A stretch of DNA of 64,000 nucleotides from Escherichia coli (GTDB lineage: Bacteria; Pseudomonadota; Gammaproteobacteria; Enterobacterales; Enterobacteriaceae), in the NCBI RefSeq assembly GCF_003334815.1, contig NZ_QOWO01000012.1; one strand, given 5' to 3'. This document shows, in pieces, positions 35,448 through 44,493 of the stretch. The notes beneath the pieces were generated by a model, which was not told the DNA's origin, did no database searches, and saw nothing but the letters and a program-made list of their open reading frames with translations. Each line of letters starts with the position of its first letter. Within the stretch, counting starts at the first letter, position 1. The position numbers and the translations under genes are program-made.

Positions 35448-37484
35448 ATGGATACGCCACGTCCACAGTTATTAGATTTTCAATTTCATCAGAATAACGA
35501 CAGTTTTACCCTACATTTTCAACAACGTCTTATTTTAACCCATAGCAAAGATAATCCTTGTTTATGGATTGGCTCAGGTATAGCGGATATCGATATGTTC
35601 CGCGGTAATTTCAGCATTAAAGATAAACTACAGGAGAAAATTGCGCTTACCGACGCCATCGTCAGCCAGTCACCGGATGGTTGGTTAATTCATTTCAGCC
35701 GTGGTTCTGACATTAGCGCCACGCTGAATATCTCTGCCGACGATCAGGGGCGTTTATTGCTGGAACTACAAAACGACAACCTTAACCACAACCGTATCTG
35801 GCTGCGCCTTGCCGCTCAACCAGAGGACCATATCTACGGCTGCGGCGAACAGTTTTCCTACTTCGATCTGCGTGGCAAACCGTTCCCGCTATGGACCAGT
35901 GAACAAGGCGTTGGTCGCAACAAACAAACCTATGTCACCTGGCAGGCCGACTGCAAAGAAAATGCGGGCGGCGACTATTACTGGACTTTCTTCCCACAGC
36001 CTACGTTTGTCAGCACGCAGAAGTATTACTGCCATGTTGATAACAGTTGCTATATGAACTTCGACTTTAGTGCCCCGGAATACCATGAACTGGCGCTGTG
36101 GGAAGACAAAGCAACGCTGCGTTTTGAATGTGCTGACACATACATTTCCCTGCTGGAAAAATTAACCGCCCTGCTGGGACGCCAGCCAGAACTGCCCGAC
36201 TGGATTTATGACGGAGTAACGCTCGGCATTCAGGGCGGGACGGAAGTGTGCCAGAAGAAACTGGACACCATGCGTAACGCGGGCGTGAAGGTCAACGGCA
36301 TCTGGGCGCAGGACTGGTCCGGTATTCGTATGACCTCTTTTGGCAAACGCGTGATGTGGAACTGGAAGTGGAACAGCGAAAACTACCCGCAACTGGATTC
36401 ACGCATTAAGCAGTGGAATCAGGAGGGCGTGCAGTTCCTGGCCTATATCAACCCGTATGTTGCCAGCGATAAAGATCTCTGCGAAGAAGCGGCACAACAC
36501 GGCTATCTGGCAAAAGATGCCTCTGGCGGTGACTATCTGGTGGAGTTTGGCGAGTTTTACGGCGGCGTTGTCGATCTCACTAATCCAGAAGCCTACGCCT
36601 GGTTCAAGGAAGTGATCAAAAAGAACATGATTGAACTCGGCTGCGGCGGCTGGATGGCTGACTTCGGCGAGTATCTGCCCACCGACACGTACCTGCATAA
36701 CGGCGTCAGTGCCGAAATTATGCATAACGCCTGGCCTGCGCTGTGGGCGAAGTGTAACTACGAAGCCCTTGAAGAAACGGGCAAGCTCGGCGAGATCCTT
36801 TTCTTTATGCGCGCCGGTTCTACCGGTAGCCAGAAATACTCCACCATGATGTGGGCGGGCGACCAGAACGTCGACTGGAGTCTCGACGATGGCCTGGCGT
36901 CGGTTGTCCCGGCGGCGCTGTCGCTGGCAATGACCGGACATGGCCTGCACCACAGCGACATTGGCGGTTACACCACCCTGTTTGAGATGAAGCGCAGCAA
37001 AGAGCTGCTGCTGCGCTGGTGCGATTTCAGCGCCTTCACGCCGATGATGCGCACCCACGAAGGTAACCGTCCTGGCGACAACTGGCAGTTTGACGGCGAC
37101 GCAGAAACCATCGCCCATTTCGCCCGTATGACCACCGTCTTCACCACCCTGAAACCTTACCTGAAAGAGGCCGTCGCGCTGAATGCGAAGTCCGGCCTGC
37201 CGGTTATGCGCCCGCTGTTCCTGCATTACGAAGACGATGCGCACACTTACACCCTGAAATATCAGTACCTGTTAGGTCGCGACATTCTGGTCGCTCCGGT
37301 GCATGAAGAAGGCCGTAGCGACTGGACGCTCTATCTGCCGGAGGATAACTGGGTCCACGCCTGGACGGGTGAAGCGTTCCGGGGCGGGGAAGTTACCGTT
37401 AATGCGCCCATCGGCAAGCCGCCGGTCTTTTATCGCGCCGATAGCGAATGGGCGGCACTGTTCGCGTCGTTAAAAAGCATCTAA
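35448..37484 (+). CDS. yihQ: Sulfoquinovosidase YihQ (glycoside hydrolase family 31)
   Basis: 678-aa ORF with GH31-type catalytic region (WAQDWSG...WMADFGEY); recognised as YihQ. Confidence 0.92.
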   Translation: MDTPRPQLLDFQFHQNNDSFTLHFQQRLILTHSKDNPCLWIGSGIADIDMFRGNFSIKDKLQEKIALTDAIVSQSPDGWLIHFSRGSDISATLNISADDQGRLLLELQNDNLNHNRIWLRLAAQPEDHIYGCGEQFSYFDLRGKPFPLWTSEQGVGRNKQTYVTWQADCKENAGGDYYWTFFPQPTFVSTQKYYCHVDNSCYMNFDFSAPEYHELALWEDKATLRFECADTYISLLEKLTALLGRQPELPDWIYDGVTLGIQGGTEVCQKKLDTMRNAGVKVNGIWAQDWSGIRMTSFGKRVMWNWKWNSENYPQLDSRIKQWNQEGVQFLAYINPYVASDKDLCEEAAQHGYLAKDASGGDYLVEFGEFYGGVVDLTNPEAYAWFKEVIKKNMIELGCGGWMADFGEYLPTDTYLHNGVSAEIMHNAWPALWAKCNYEALEETGKLGEILFFMRAGSTGSQKYSTMMWAGDQNVDWSLDDGLASVVPAALSLAMTGHGLHHSDIGGYTTLFEMKRSKELLLRWCDFSAFTPMMRTHEGNRPGDNWQFDGDAETIAHFARMTTVFTTLKPYLKEAVALNAKSGLPVMRPLFLHYEDDAHTYTLKYQYLLGRDILVAPVHEEGRSDWTLYLPEDNWVHAWTGEAFRGGEVTVNAPIGKPPVFYRADSEWAALFASLKSI

Positions 37485-37529
37485 TCACATCCGCCCGTGG
37501 GGAAACTCATGGGCAAAGGGAGAACATCG

Positions 37530-38915
37530 ATGAGTCACATCACAACGGAAGATCCAGCAACTTTACGCCTGCCCTTTAAAGAGAAACTCTCTTACGGTAT
37601 TGGCGACCTGGCCTCTAACATCCTGCTGGATATCGGTACGCTTTATCTTTTGAAGTTTTATACCGACGTTCTGGGGCTGCCAGGCACCTATGGCGGCATT
37701 ATCTTTTTGATTTCAAAATTCTTTACTGCGTTTACCGATATGGGTACCGGCATTATGTTGGATTCCCGACGCAAGATCGGTCCAAAAGGTAAGTTCCGTC
37801 CTTTTATTCTGTATGCGTCATTCCCGGTCACCTTACTGGCGATCGCCAACTTTGTCGGCACACCGTTTGATGTCACCGGTAAAACGGTGATGGCCACTAT
37901 TCTGTTTATGCTTTACGGACTGTTTTTCAGCATGATGAACTGCTCCTACGGCGCAATGGTTCCCGCTATCACCAAAAACCCCAACGAACGCGCCTCACTG
38001 GCGGCATGGCGTCAGGGCGGCGCTACGCTGGGCCTGCTGCTGTGCACGGTGGGATTCGTGCCAGTTATGAATCTTATCGAAGGTAATCAGCAACTTGGCT
38101 ATATCTTCGCCGCCACGCTGTTTTCACTGTTTGGCCTGCTGTTTATGTGGATCTGCTACTCGGGCGTGAAAGAGCGTTATGTCGAAACCCAGCCTGCTAA
38201 TCCGGCGCAAAAGCCGGGCCTGCTGCAATCTTTCCGCGCAATTGCGGGTAACCGCCCGCTGTTCATTCTGTGCATTGCCAACCTCTGCACTTTAGGGGCG
38301 TTTAACGTCAAGCTCGCCATCCAGGTCTATTACACCCAGTACGTGCTTAACGATCCCATCCTGTTGTCGTATATGGGATTTTTCAGCATGGGCTGTATTT
38401 TCATCGGCGTATTCCTGATGCCTGCCTCAGTCAGACGTTTTGGCAAGAAGAAAGTTTATATCGGCGGCCTGCTGATTTGGGTGCTGGGCGATCTGCTCAA
38501 CTATTTCTTCGGCGGCGGTTCGGTCAGCTTCGTGGCGTTCTCCTGCCTGGCGTTCTTTGGCTCAGCGTTTGTTAACAGCCTGAACTGGGCGCTGGTTTCC
38601 GACACCGTCGAGTACGGCGAGTGGCGCACCGGCGTGCGTTCGGAAGGAACGGTCTACACCGGTTTTACCTTCTTTCGCAAAGTGTCTCAGGCGCTGGCTG
38701 GTTTCTTCCCCGGCTGGATGCTGACGCAAATTGGCTATGTGCCGAACGTCGCACAGGCTGACCACACCATTGAAGGGTTACGCCAGTTGATCTTCATCTA
38801 CCCAAGCGCACTGGCGGTAGTCACCATTGTGGCGATGGGTTGCTTCTACAGCCTGAACGAGAAGATGTATGTCCGCATTGTGGAAGAGATAGAAGCCCGT
38901 AAACGCACGGCGTAA
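37530..38915 (+). CDS. yihP: GPH-family sugar:cation symporter YihP
   Basis: ORF 37497..38915; ATG at 37530 (MSHITTEDPATLRL...) with AAAGGGAGA SD gives 461 aa; start choice is moderately certain. Confidence 0.85.
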   Translation: MSHITTEDPATLRLPFKEKLSYGIGDLASNILLDIGTLYLLKFYTDVLGLPGTYGGIIFLISKFFTAFTDMGTGIMLDSRRKIGPKGKFRPFILYASFPVTLLAIANFVGTPFDVTGKTVMATILFMLYGLFFSMMNCSYGAMVPAITKNPNERASLAAWRQGGATLGLLLCTVGFVPVMNLIEGNQQLGYIFAATLFSLFGLLFMWICYSGVKERYVETQPANPAQKPGLLQSFRAIAGNRPLFILCIANLCTLGAFNVKLAIQVYYTQYVLNDPILLSYMGFFSMGCIFIGVFLMPASVRRFGKKKVYIGGLLIWVLGDLLNYFFGGGSVSFVAFSCLAFFGSAFVNSLNWALVSDTVEYGEWRTGVRSEGTVYTGFTFFRKVSQALAGFFPGWMLTQIGYVPNVAQADHTIEGLRQLIFIYPSALAVVTIVAMGCFYSLNEKMYVRIVEEIEARKRTA

Positions 38916-38957
38916 TAATAATAAACGACGCCCTGCGGGGCGTTATAAGGAGTGATT

Positions 38958-40361
38958 ATGTCTGACCATAATCCACTGACATTAAAACTGAATCTGCGGG
39001 AAAAAATCGCCTATGGTATGGGCGACGTCGGTTCGAATTTAATGCTCTGCATCGGTACTCTGTATCTCCTCAAATTTTATACCGATGAATTAGGGATGCC
39101 TGCTTACTATGGCGGGATTATCTTTCTGGTGGCGAAGTTTTTTACCGCGTTTACCGATATGCTCACCGGATTTTTACTCGACTCGCGGAAAAATATTGGG
39201 CCTAAAGGCAAATTTCGTCCCTTTATTTTATATGCAGCGGTTCCGGCGGCGTTAATTGCAACGCTCCAGTTTATCGCCACCACCTTTTGTTTGCCGGTTA
39301 AAACGACGATTGCCACCGCGCTGTTTATGATGTTTGGACTTTCATACAGTCTGATGAACTGCTCGTATGGTGCGATGATCCCGGCAATTACCAAAAACCC
39401 GAATGAGCGCGCGCAGCTCGCGGCTTACCGCCAGGGTGGTGCAACCATAGGGCTATTGATTTGTACCGTGGCGTTTATTCCGTTGCAGTCGCTTTTTTCT
39501 GACTCAACCGTCGGTTATGCCTGTGCGGCACTTATGTTCTCCATTGGCGGCTTTATTTTTATGATGCTGTGCTACAGAGGCGTCAAAGAGCATTATGTGG
39601 ACACAACGCCAACCGGACATAAAGCCAGTATTCTCAAATCATTTTGCGCGATATTTCGGAATCCGCCATTGCTGGTTTTATGCATTGCTAACTTGTGTAC
39701 CCTGGCGGCATTTAATATCAAACTGGCGATTCAGGTCTATTACACCCAGTATGTGCTGAATGATATTAATTTATTGTCGTGGATGGGATTCTTCAGTATG
39801 GGATGCATCCTCATCGGCGTATTACTGGTGCCATTAACTGTAAAATGTTTTGGTAAAAAACAGGTTTATCTGGCTGGCATGGTGCTGTGGGCGGTGGGTG
39901 ATATACTGAATTATTTCTGGGGAAGTAACTCTTTCACTTTCGTCATGTTCTCTTGTGTCGCCTTTTTTGGCACGGCCTTTGTAAACAGCCTGAACTGGGC
40001 ACTGGTACCAGATACCGTAGATTACGGTGAATGGAAAACCGGTATTCGTGCCGAAGGTTCTGTTTATACCGGTTATACCTTCTTTCGTAAAATTTCTGCC
40101 GCACTTGCTGGCTTCTTGCCAGGCATTATGCTGACGCAAATTGGTTATGTTCCCAACATCGCGCAAAGCGATGCGACATTACAGGGTTTGCGTCAGCTCA
40201 TTTTTATCTGGCCTTGTGCACTGGCAATTATTGCTGCATTGACGATGGGATTCTTTTACACACTCAATGAAAAACGGTTTGCATTGATTATTGAGGAAAT
40301 CAACCAACGCAAAAATAAAGAGATGGCGACAGAAGAAAAAACGGCTTCCGTAACGTTATAA
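38958..40361 (+). CDS. yihO: GPH-family transporter YihO (sulfoquinovose / sulfoquinovosyl-glycerol uptake)
   Basis: ORF 38952..40361; ATG at 38958 (MSDHNPLTLKLN...) with AAGGAG SD; 467 aa; close paralog of the adjacent yihP product. Confidence 0.85.
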   Translation: MSDHNPLTLKLNLREKIAYGMGDVGSNLMLCIGTLYLLKFYTDELGMPAYYGGIIFLVAKFFTAFTDMLTGFLLDSRKNIGPKGKFRPFILYAAVPAALIATLQFIATTFCLPVKTTIATALFMMFGLSYSLMNCSYGAMIPAITKNPNERAQLAAYRQGGATIGLLICTVAFIPLQSLFSDSTVGYACAALMFSIGGFIFMMLCYRGVKEHYVDTTPTGHKASILKSFCAIFRNPPLLVLCIANLCTLAAFNIKLAIQVYYTQYVLNDINLLSWMGFFSMGCILIGVLLVPLTVKCFGKKQVYLAGMVLWAVGDILNYFWGSNSFTFVMFSCVAFFGTAFVNSLNWALVPDTVDYGEWKTGIRAEGSVYTGYTFFRKISAALAGFLPGIMLTQIGYVPNIAQSDATLQGLRQLIFIWPCALAIIAALTMGFFYTLNEKRFALIIEEINQRKNKEMATEEKTASVTL

Positions 40362-40428
40362 ATGTCAATAGCCGCTATTTCCATCCTGGTGGGTGGCGGC
40401 CTCCCTACGTTTAAAAAATGGACTTATT

Positions 40429-41121
40429 ATGAAAAAGATTAATGCAATAATTTTATTATCTTCTCTGACCTCTGCCTCGGTATTTGCTGGCGCATACGTC
40501 GAAAACAGGGAGGCATATAATCTTGCCTCCGATCAGGGCGAGGTTATGCTACGTGTGGGTTATAACTTCGATATGGGCGCGGGTATTATGTTAACCAATA
40601 CCTACAACTTTCAGCGAGAAGATGAACTAAAACATGGATATAACGAAATTGAAGGCTGGTATCCGTTATTTAAACCAACCGATAAATTAACCATCCAGCC
40701 CGGTGGCTTAATTAATGATAAGAGTATCGGTTCGGGTGGTGCAGTGTATCTGGACGTCAACTATAAATTTGTACCATGGTTTAATCTGACAGTACGAAAT
40801 CGCTATAACCATAATAACTATAGTTCAACAGATTTGAGCGGGGAACTGGATAATAATGACACCTATGAAATTGGCACCTACTGGAATTTTAAAATCACCG
40901 ATAAATTTTCCTATACATTTGAGCCACATTACTTCATGCGAGTGAATGACTTTAATAGTAGCAACGGGAAAGATCATCATTGGGAAATCACTAACACCTT
41001 CCGTTACCGTATTAATGAACACTGGCTCCCTTATTTCGAATTGCGCTGGTTAGACCGCAACGTCGAACCGTACCACCGCGAGCAAAACCAGATCCGTATC
41101 GGGACGAAGTATTTCTTCTGA
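40429..41121 (+). CDS. ompL: Outer-membrane porin OmpL
   Basis: ORF 40393..41121; ATG at 40429 (MKKINAIILLSSLTSASVFA...) gives 230 aa with signal peptide and a C-terminal aromatic residue (…GTKYFF). Confidence 0.85.
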   Translation: MKKINAIILLSSLTSASVFAGAYVENREAYNLASDQGEVMLRVGYNFDMGAGIMLTNTYNFQREDELKHGYNEIEGWYPLFKPTDKLTIQPGGLINDKSIGSGGAVYLDVNYKFVPWFNLTVRNRYNHNNYSSTDLSGELDNNDTYEIGTYWNFKITDKFSYTFEPHYFMRVNDFNSSNGKDHHWEITNTFRYRINEHWLPYFELRWLDRNVEPYHREQNQIRIGTKYFF

Positions 41122-41130
41122 TGTGAAACT

Positions 41131-41207
<77 letters not shown>

Positions 41208-41211
41208 TTAA

Positions 41212-42477
41212 TTAAGCTTCAGCCGCCAGCATCTCTTTCTTACGTTGGCTAATACGCTTAACCAGCATTACGGAAACCACCGCACCACTGAATGCGAAGC
41301 AGGCCATAATGCCAAACACGATTTTGTAGCCAATAATCCCCGGATTTAAATCCAGAATGTAGCCATACAGACTGAAGCAGAACATCGCCGGAGCGTAACC
41401 AATAAAGCTACCCAACGCCATCGCCGCACCTGTTTTATTTTCAGCAATTTTTGCTTCGCCGATAGGTGCAAAAAATACGGCTCGCTGTGTAAAGACTATC
41501 GCGCCAAAGCCCAGCGTACATGCCATCCCTAAATAGACCGGCATACTTTCGTGCGGCAGCATAATCAACAGTACGAGCGCAGCGGTACTAATGATAAAGG
41601 TGTAGCATAGATATTTACTTGGCGATTTCAGGATCTTATCTGAAATCATGCCACCAATCGGTCCACCAATCATTTTCAGACAGTATTGGTTAATGATGCC
41701 GTAAGCCCCCACCAGCGCAACGGGCAATAGATAGATGTTTTTCAGGAATGGAATGAAGAATGTCAGGCCACAGTAAACCGCGTAAACGAAGAAGACGTTA
41801 AAAGCGATAAGCCAGATAGTTTTGTCTTTCAGCACCGAGGTCATACTGGTGTTTTTCGATGCTCCGTCTTCTTTTTTCACCTCAACGGACGGTGCCTCTT
41901 CTTTGTCATTCAGGACAAAGAAAATAATAATGCCTACGGCAATCACAATAAGGGAATAGAACCAGATGCCTGCTTTAAAACCTAATAAGCCACTGCCAAA
42001 CCAGGTAAATACTGCCAACGCAGAAAATGCCACCACGGTATCGACAATGCCACGCCCTGTTTCGAAGAAGCCAAACAACCGACCTTGTTGTTCGCTATTG
42101 CCCAATCGACTTACCGACTTGAGCAAGACCGGCCAGTTCATCATGTCGCAAGTAACGCCAAATAGCGCCCAGACAAAGAGGATGCCCCAATACCCCGGCA
42201 TTGTCGTCAAATAAACACCCAGTAATCCTGTCGCAATGAGTGAGAATGACATGGTGTATCTGCGCGGTAGTTTATCGGCAAAATAAATAGACAGAAAAAA
42301 GCCCACTGTGGTGACAAATGAGTTTACCGACATAGCATTACCAATTTGACCATTGGTCAAATGGAAATATTCCTGCATCGGGATATAAAACGCATCTTTC
42401 AGCGACGGTAATTTATAAATTGTACCGCCACACAGTGTTAATAGACTAAATAACGCCCATTTCTTTTTCGTGAGCAT
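41212..42477 (-). CDS. yihN: MFS transporter YihN
   Basis: 421-aa 12-helix-type hydrophobic ORF recognised as YihN. Confidence 0.85.
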   Translation of the reverse strand: MLTKKKWALFSLLTLCGGTIYKLPSLKDAFYIPMQEYFHLTNGQIGNAMSVNSFVTTVGFFLSIYFADKLPRRYTMSFSLIATGLLGVYLTTMPGYWGILFVWALFGVTCDMMNWPVLLKSVSRLGNSEQQGRLFGFFETGRGIVDTVVAFSALAVFTWFGSGLLGFKAGIWFYSLIVIAVGIIIFFVLNDKEEAPSVEVKKEDGASKNTSMTSVLKDKTIWLIAFNVFFVYAVYCGLTFFIPFLKNIYLLPVALVGAYGIINQYCLKMIGGPIGGMISDKILKSPSKYLCYTFIISTAALVLLIMLPHESMPVYLGMACTLGFGAIVFTQRAVFFAPIGEAKIAENKTGAAMALGSFIGYAPAMFCFSLYGYILDLNPGIIGYKIVFGIMACFAFSGAVVSVMLVKRISQRKKEMLAAEA

Positions 42478-42578
42478 AACATCCCCTAAGCGATTTTTAA
42501 AATCACTGTTTTAAAGGCAATAAGATACCGACCATTCATATGGAATGGTTTTATTAACTGCGTATGAGTTAAAACTTA

Positions 42579-43559
42579 TTAGTGGTTCAGAAGATGGTTT
42601 GCCTCTTGTTTGATTTGTTGTAGTACGTTACGCACATGATTTATCTGATTAATTGCATCTTCTTTTTCTTTACGTAACCGCGCATCCAGTAAATGATTTT
42701 CTGGCAATGGTGTTTCACTCATCTGGCGATAAGGGATCCACGGATTATCATCTTCGTCTTCAAAGCGGAACGCCGGCGCATAGTAATCAACCTCTTCTTC
42801 CAGGCCATATGCCGTCACCTGCGGCTCATCATCACCCAGGCAGATAAGGTGCGTTAATAACGCTTTGAACGGCATATCACCCTGACCTGAAATACAGGCT
42901 TTATGACCCAGGCCACCCGGTTCTTTAACGATCAAGGCATCTTTGATATGGACCTGGGTAATATGCGGTGCCATCGTTTTTAAAGCGTCGATGGGATGCT
43001 CATTTGCATTGATCATGTTCGCAAAATCAAACAGTAAGGAAAGAGATTCCATCTCACTTTCTTTGACCAGCGACACCAGCTCATGACTTTTTAAATCTTC
43101 ATGCTGCTCGATCGTAAAAGTCAGGCCGCTGTCCTGATACGTTTCCCGTACATAGGCAATGTCGTTAGCGATAATCGATAATACGTCGCGCAAATTACCT
43201 TCATAACGTGGATAAAAACGTACGGACGATGCCCCAGTTTTCAACGCGATGGCGACGGCTTCGTCAATAGATGCCTTATCTGAGGCGCTGGTTTCAATAT
43301 GAATATCAAGGTTCAGACGGCGGGCTTTATCCCCAAAGGCAGAGAGTTCTTTATCGTCCATATTACCAAGAGAAAAACGCTCGCCATCGAGAACATGGAT
43401 TTTGACGCCACGTAGATTATTTTCACTTGCGATATCAAGTAAATCAGCAGGCAACACTCTTTCCAGCCGCATATTTAAATGAAAGGCATAAGCATGTAAA
43501 TAAAGAGGAAGAGTGTCGACACGTTGTAGAATCTTTCTTGCGTTATTTATTGTCACCAT
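42579..43559 (-). CDS. yihM: Sugar-phosphate isomerase/epimerase-like (xylose-isomerase-like TIM barrel) protein YihM
   Basis: 326-aa ORF recognised as YihM. Confidence 0.83.
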   Translation of the reverse strand: MVTINNARKILQRVDTLPLYLHAYAFHLNMRLERVLPADLLDIASENNLRGVKIHVLDGERFSLGNMDDKELSAFGDKARRLNLDIHIETSASDKASIDEAVAIALKTGASSVRFYPRYEGNLRDVLSIIANDIAYVRETYQDSGLTFTIEQHEDLKSHELVSLVKESEMESLSLLFDFANMINANEHPIDALKTMAPHITQVHIKDALIVKEPGGLGHKACISGQGDMPFKALLTHLICLGDDEPQVTAYGLEEEVDYYAPAFRFEDEDDNPWIPYRQMSETPLPENHLLDARLRKEKEDAINQINHVRNVLQQIKQEANHLLNH

Positions 43560-43566
43560 AAAACAC

Positions 43567-44277
43567 CTACAGATTAATGATGAGGTCTACGGCCTCAAAT
43601 CGCCAATATTCAATATCTATTTGGACAATATTGCCTTGCTGGTCGGCGCGATGCTTTTCAATTAAGATCGCTGGCATACCCGCAGAACCGCCAAGATACT
43701 TGCTGATATCGCCCGGCATTCTGACGGGTTTGAAAATCAATTTTTTTACTACCGTCTCTTTTTGGTAGCACTTTTCCCAGACTGCAGAAAATGAGTGGTT
43801 TTCAAGTTGTTCAATAAAGCCCGGAGCAACTTCAGGATTAATATATGTTTCGTGATAGAAAACTTTATGTCCTTCCAGCGCCCCCCAGCCGGTGATGCGA
43901 TAGAGTTCAGTTGATGGCGTCACTGCAATCAGTGGCGCGAGCGTCTCGGGAATATCGCTGGTACGGTTTTTCTCGGTAAACCCCCAGGAAGGCTCTCGCC
44001 CTTGCTCAATTGCGGCCCGCTGAAAGCTCGCCGACAGCTCCGGACTGTAATTAAATCGCGGCTGGGTCACGAACCACCCCTTACGATCCTTACGGAAGAT
44101 TTTGGATTCTGCCTCGAGGTTCAACAACGCCTGGCGCAGCGTCATACGTTTAATGCCCAGCAGTTCTCCCAGCTCTCTTTCTGAAGGGAGTTTTCCACCC
44201 GGCGTGGTGATGCCATCTTTCAACCACCGATCCAGTTTCTCTTTTGCATTTTCTACGGTGGATTGATTCTCCGCCAT
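43567..44277 (-). CDS. yihL: GntR-family transcriptional regulator YihL
   Basis: 236-aa ORF with N-terminal winged HTH (LPSERELGELLGIKRMTLRQAL) and UTRA-like C-domain. Confidence 0.85.
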   Translation of the reverse strand: MAENQSTVENAKEKLDRWLKDGITTPGGKLPSERELGELLGIKRMTLRQALLNLEAESKIFRKDRKGWFVTQPRFNYSPELSASFQRAAIEQGREPSWGFTEKNRTSDIPETLAPLIAVTPSTELYRITGWGALEGHKVFYHETYINPEVAPGFIEQLENHSFSAVWEKCYQKETVVKKLIFKPVRMPGDISKYLGGSAGMPAILIEKHRADQQGNIVQIDIEYWRFEAVDLIINL

Positions 44278-44443
44278 TATTTAATCCTTTTGGTTTAAAC
44301 CAGATGAAGCATCTTACGCTTACGCCAAAAAAGAAAGCAATTAACGGCGTATGACTTTGCAGATAATTGTGACAAAGCTCTCTATTGACGTAACCACAGA
44401 CTTATAAGGGAGATACTCGCATTGGTGTGCGCTCACGACAGGC

Positions 44444-44476
44444 AAAAAAAAACCTGCCATCGCTGGCAGGTTTTTT
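44444..44476 (-). terminator. Intrinsic terminator of typA
   Basis: Minus strand: cctgccagcgatggcagg followed by a T9 run, about 20 nt after the typA stop. Confidence 0.85.
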
Positions 44477-44493
44477 ATGACTAAAAAACGAAA

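Noticed and set aside
36399-37244. 281-aa minus-strand ORF inside yihQ
   Set aside because: Antisense to the GH31 sulfoquinovosidase gene; low-complexity Ala/Gly/Arg-rich translation typical of a GC-rich antisense frame.
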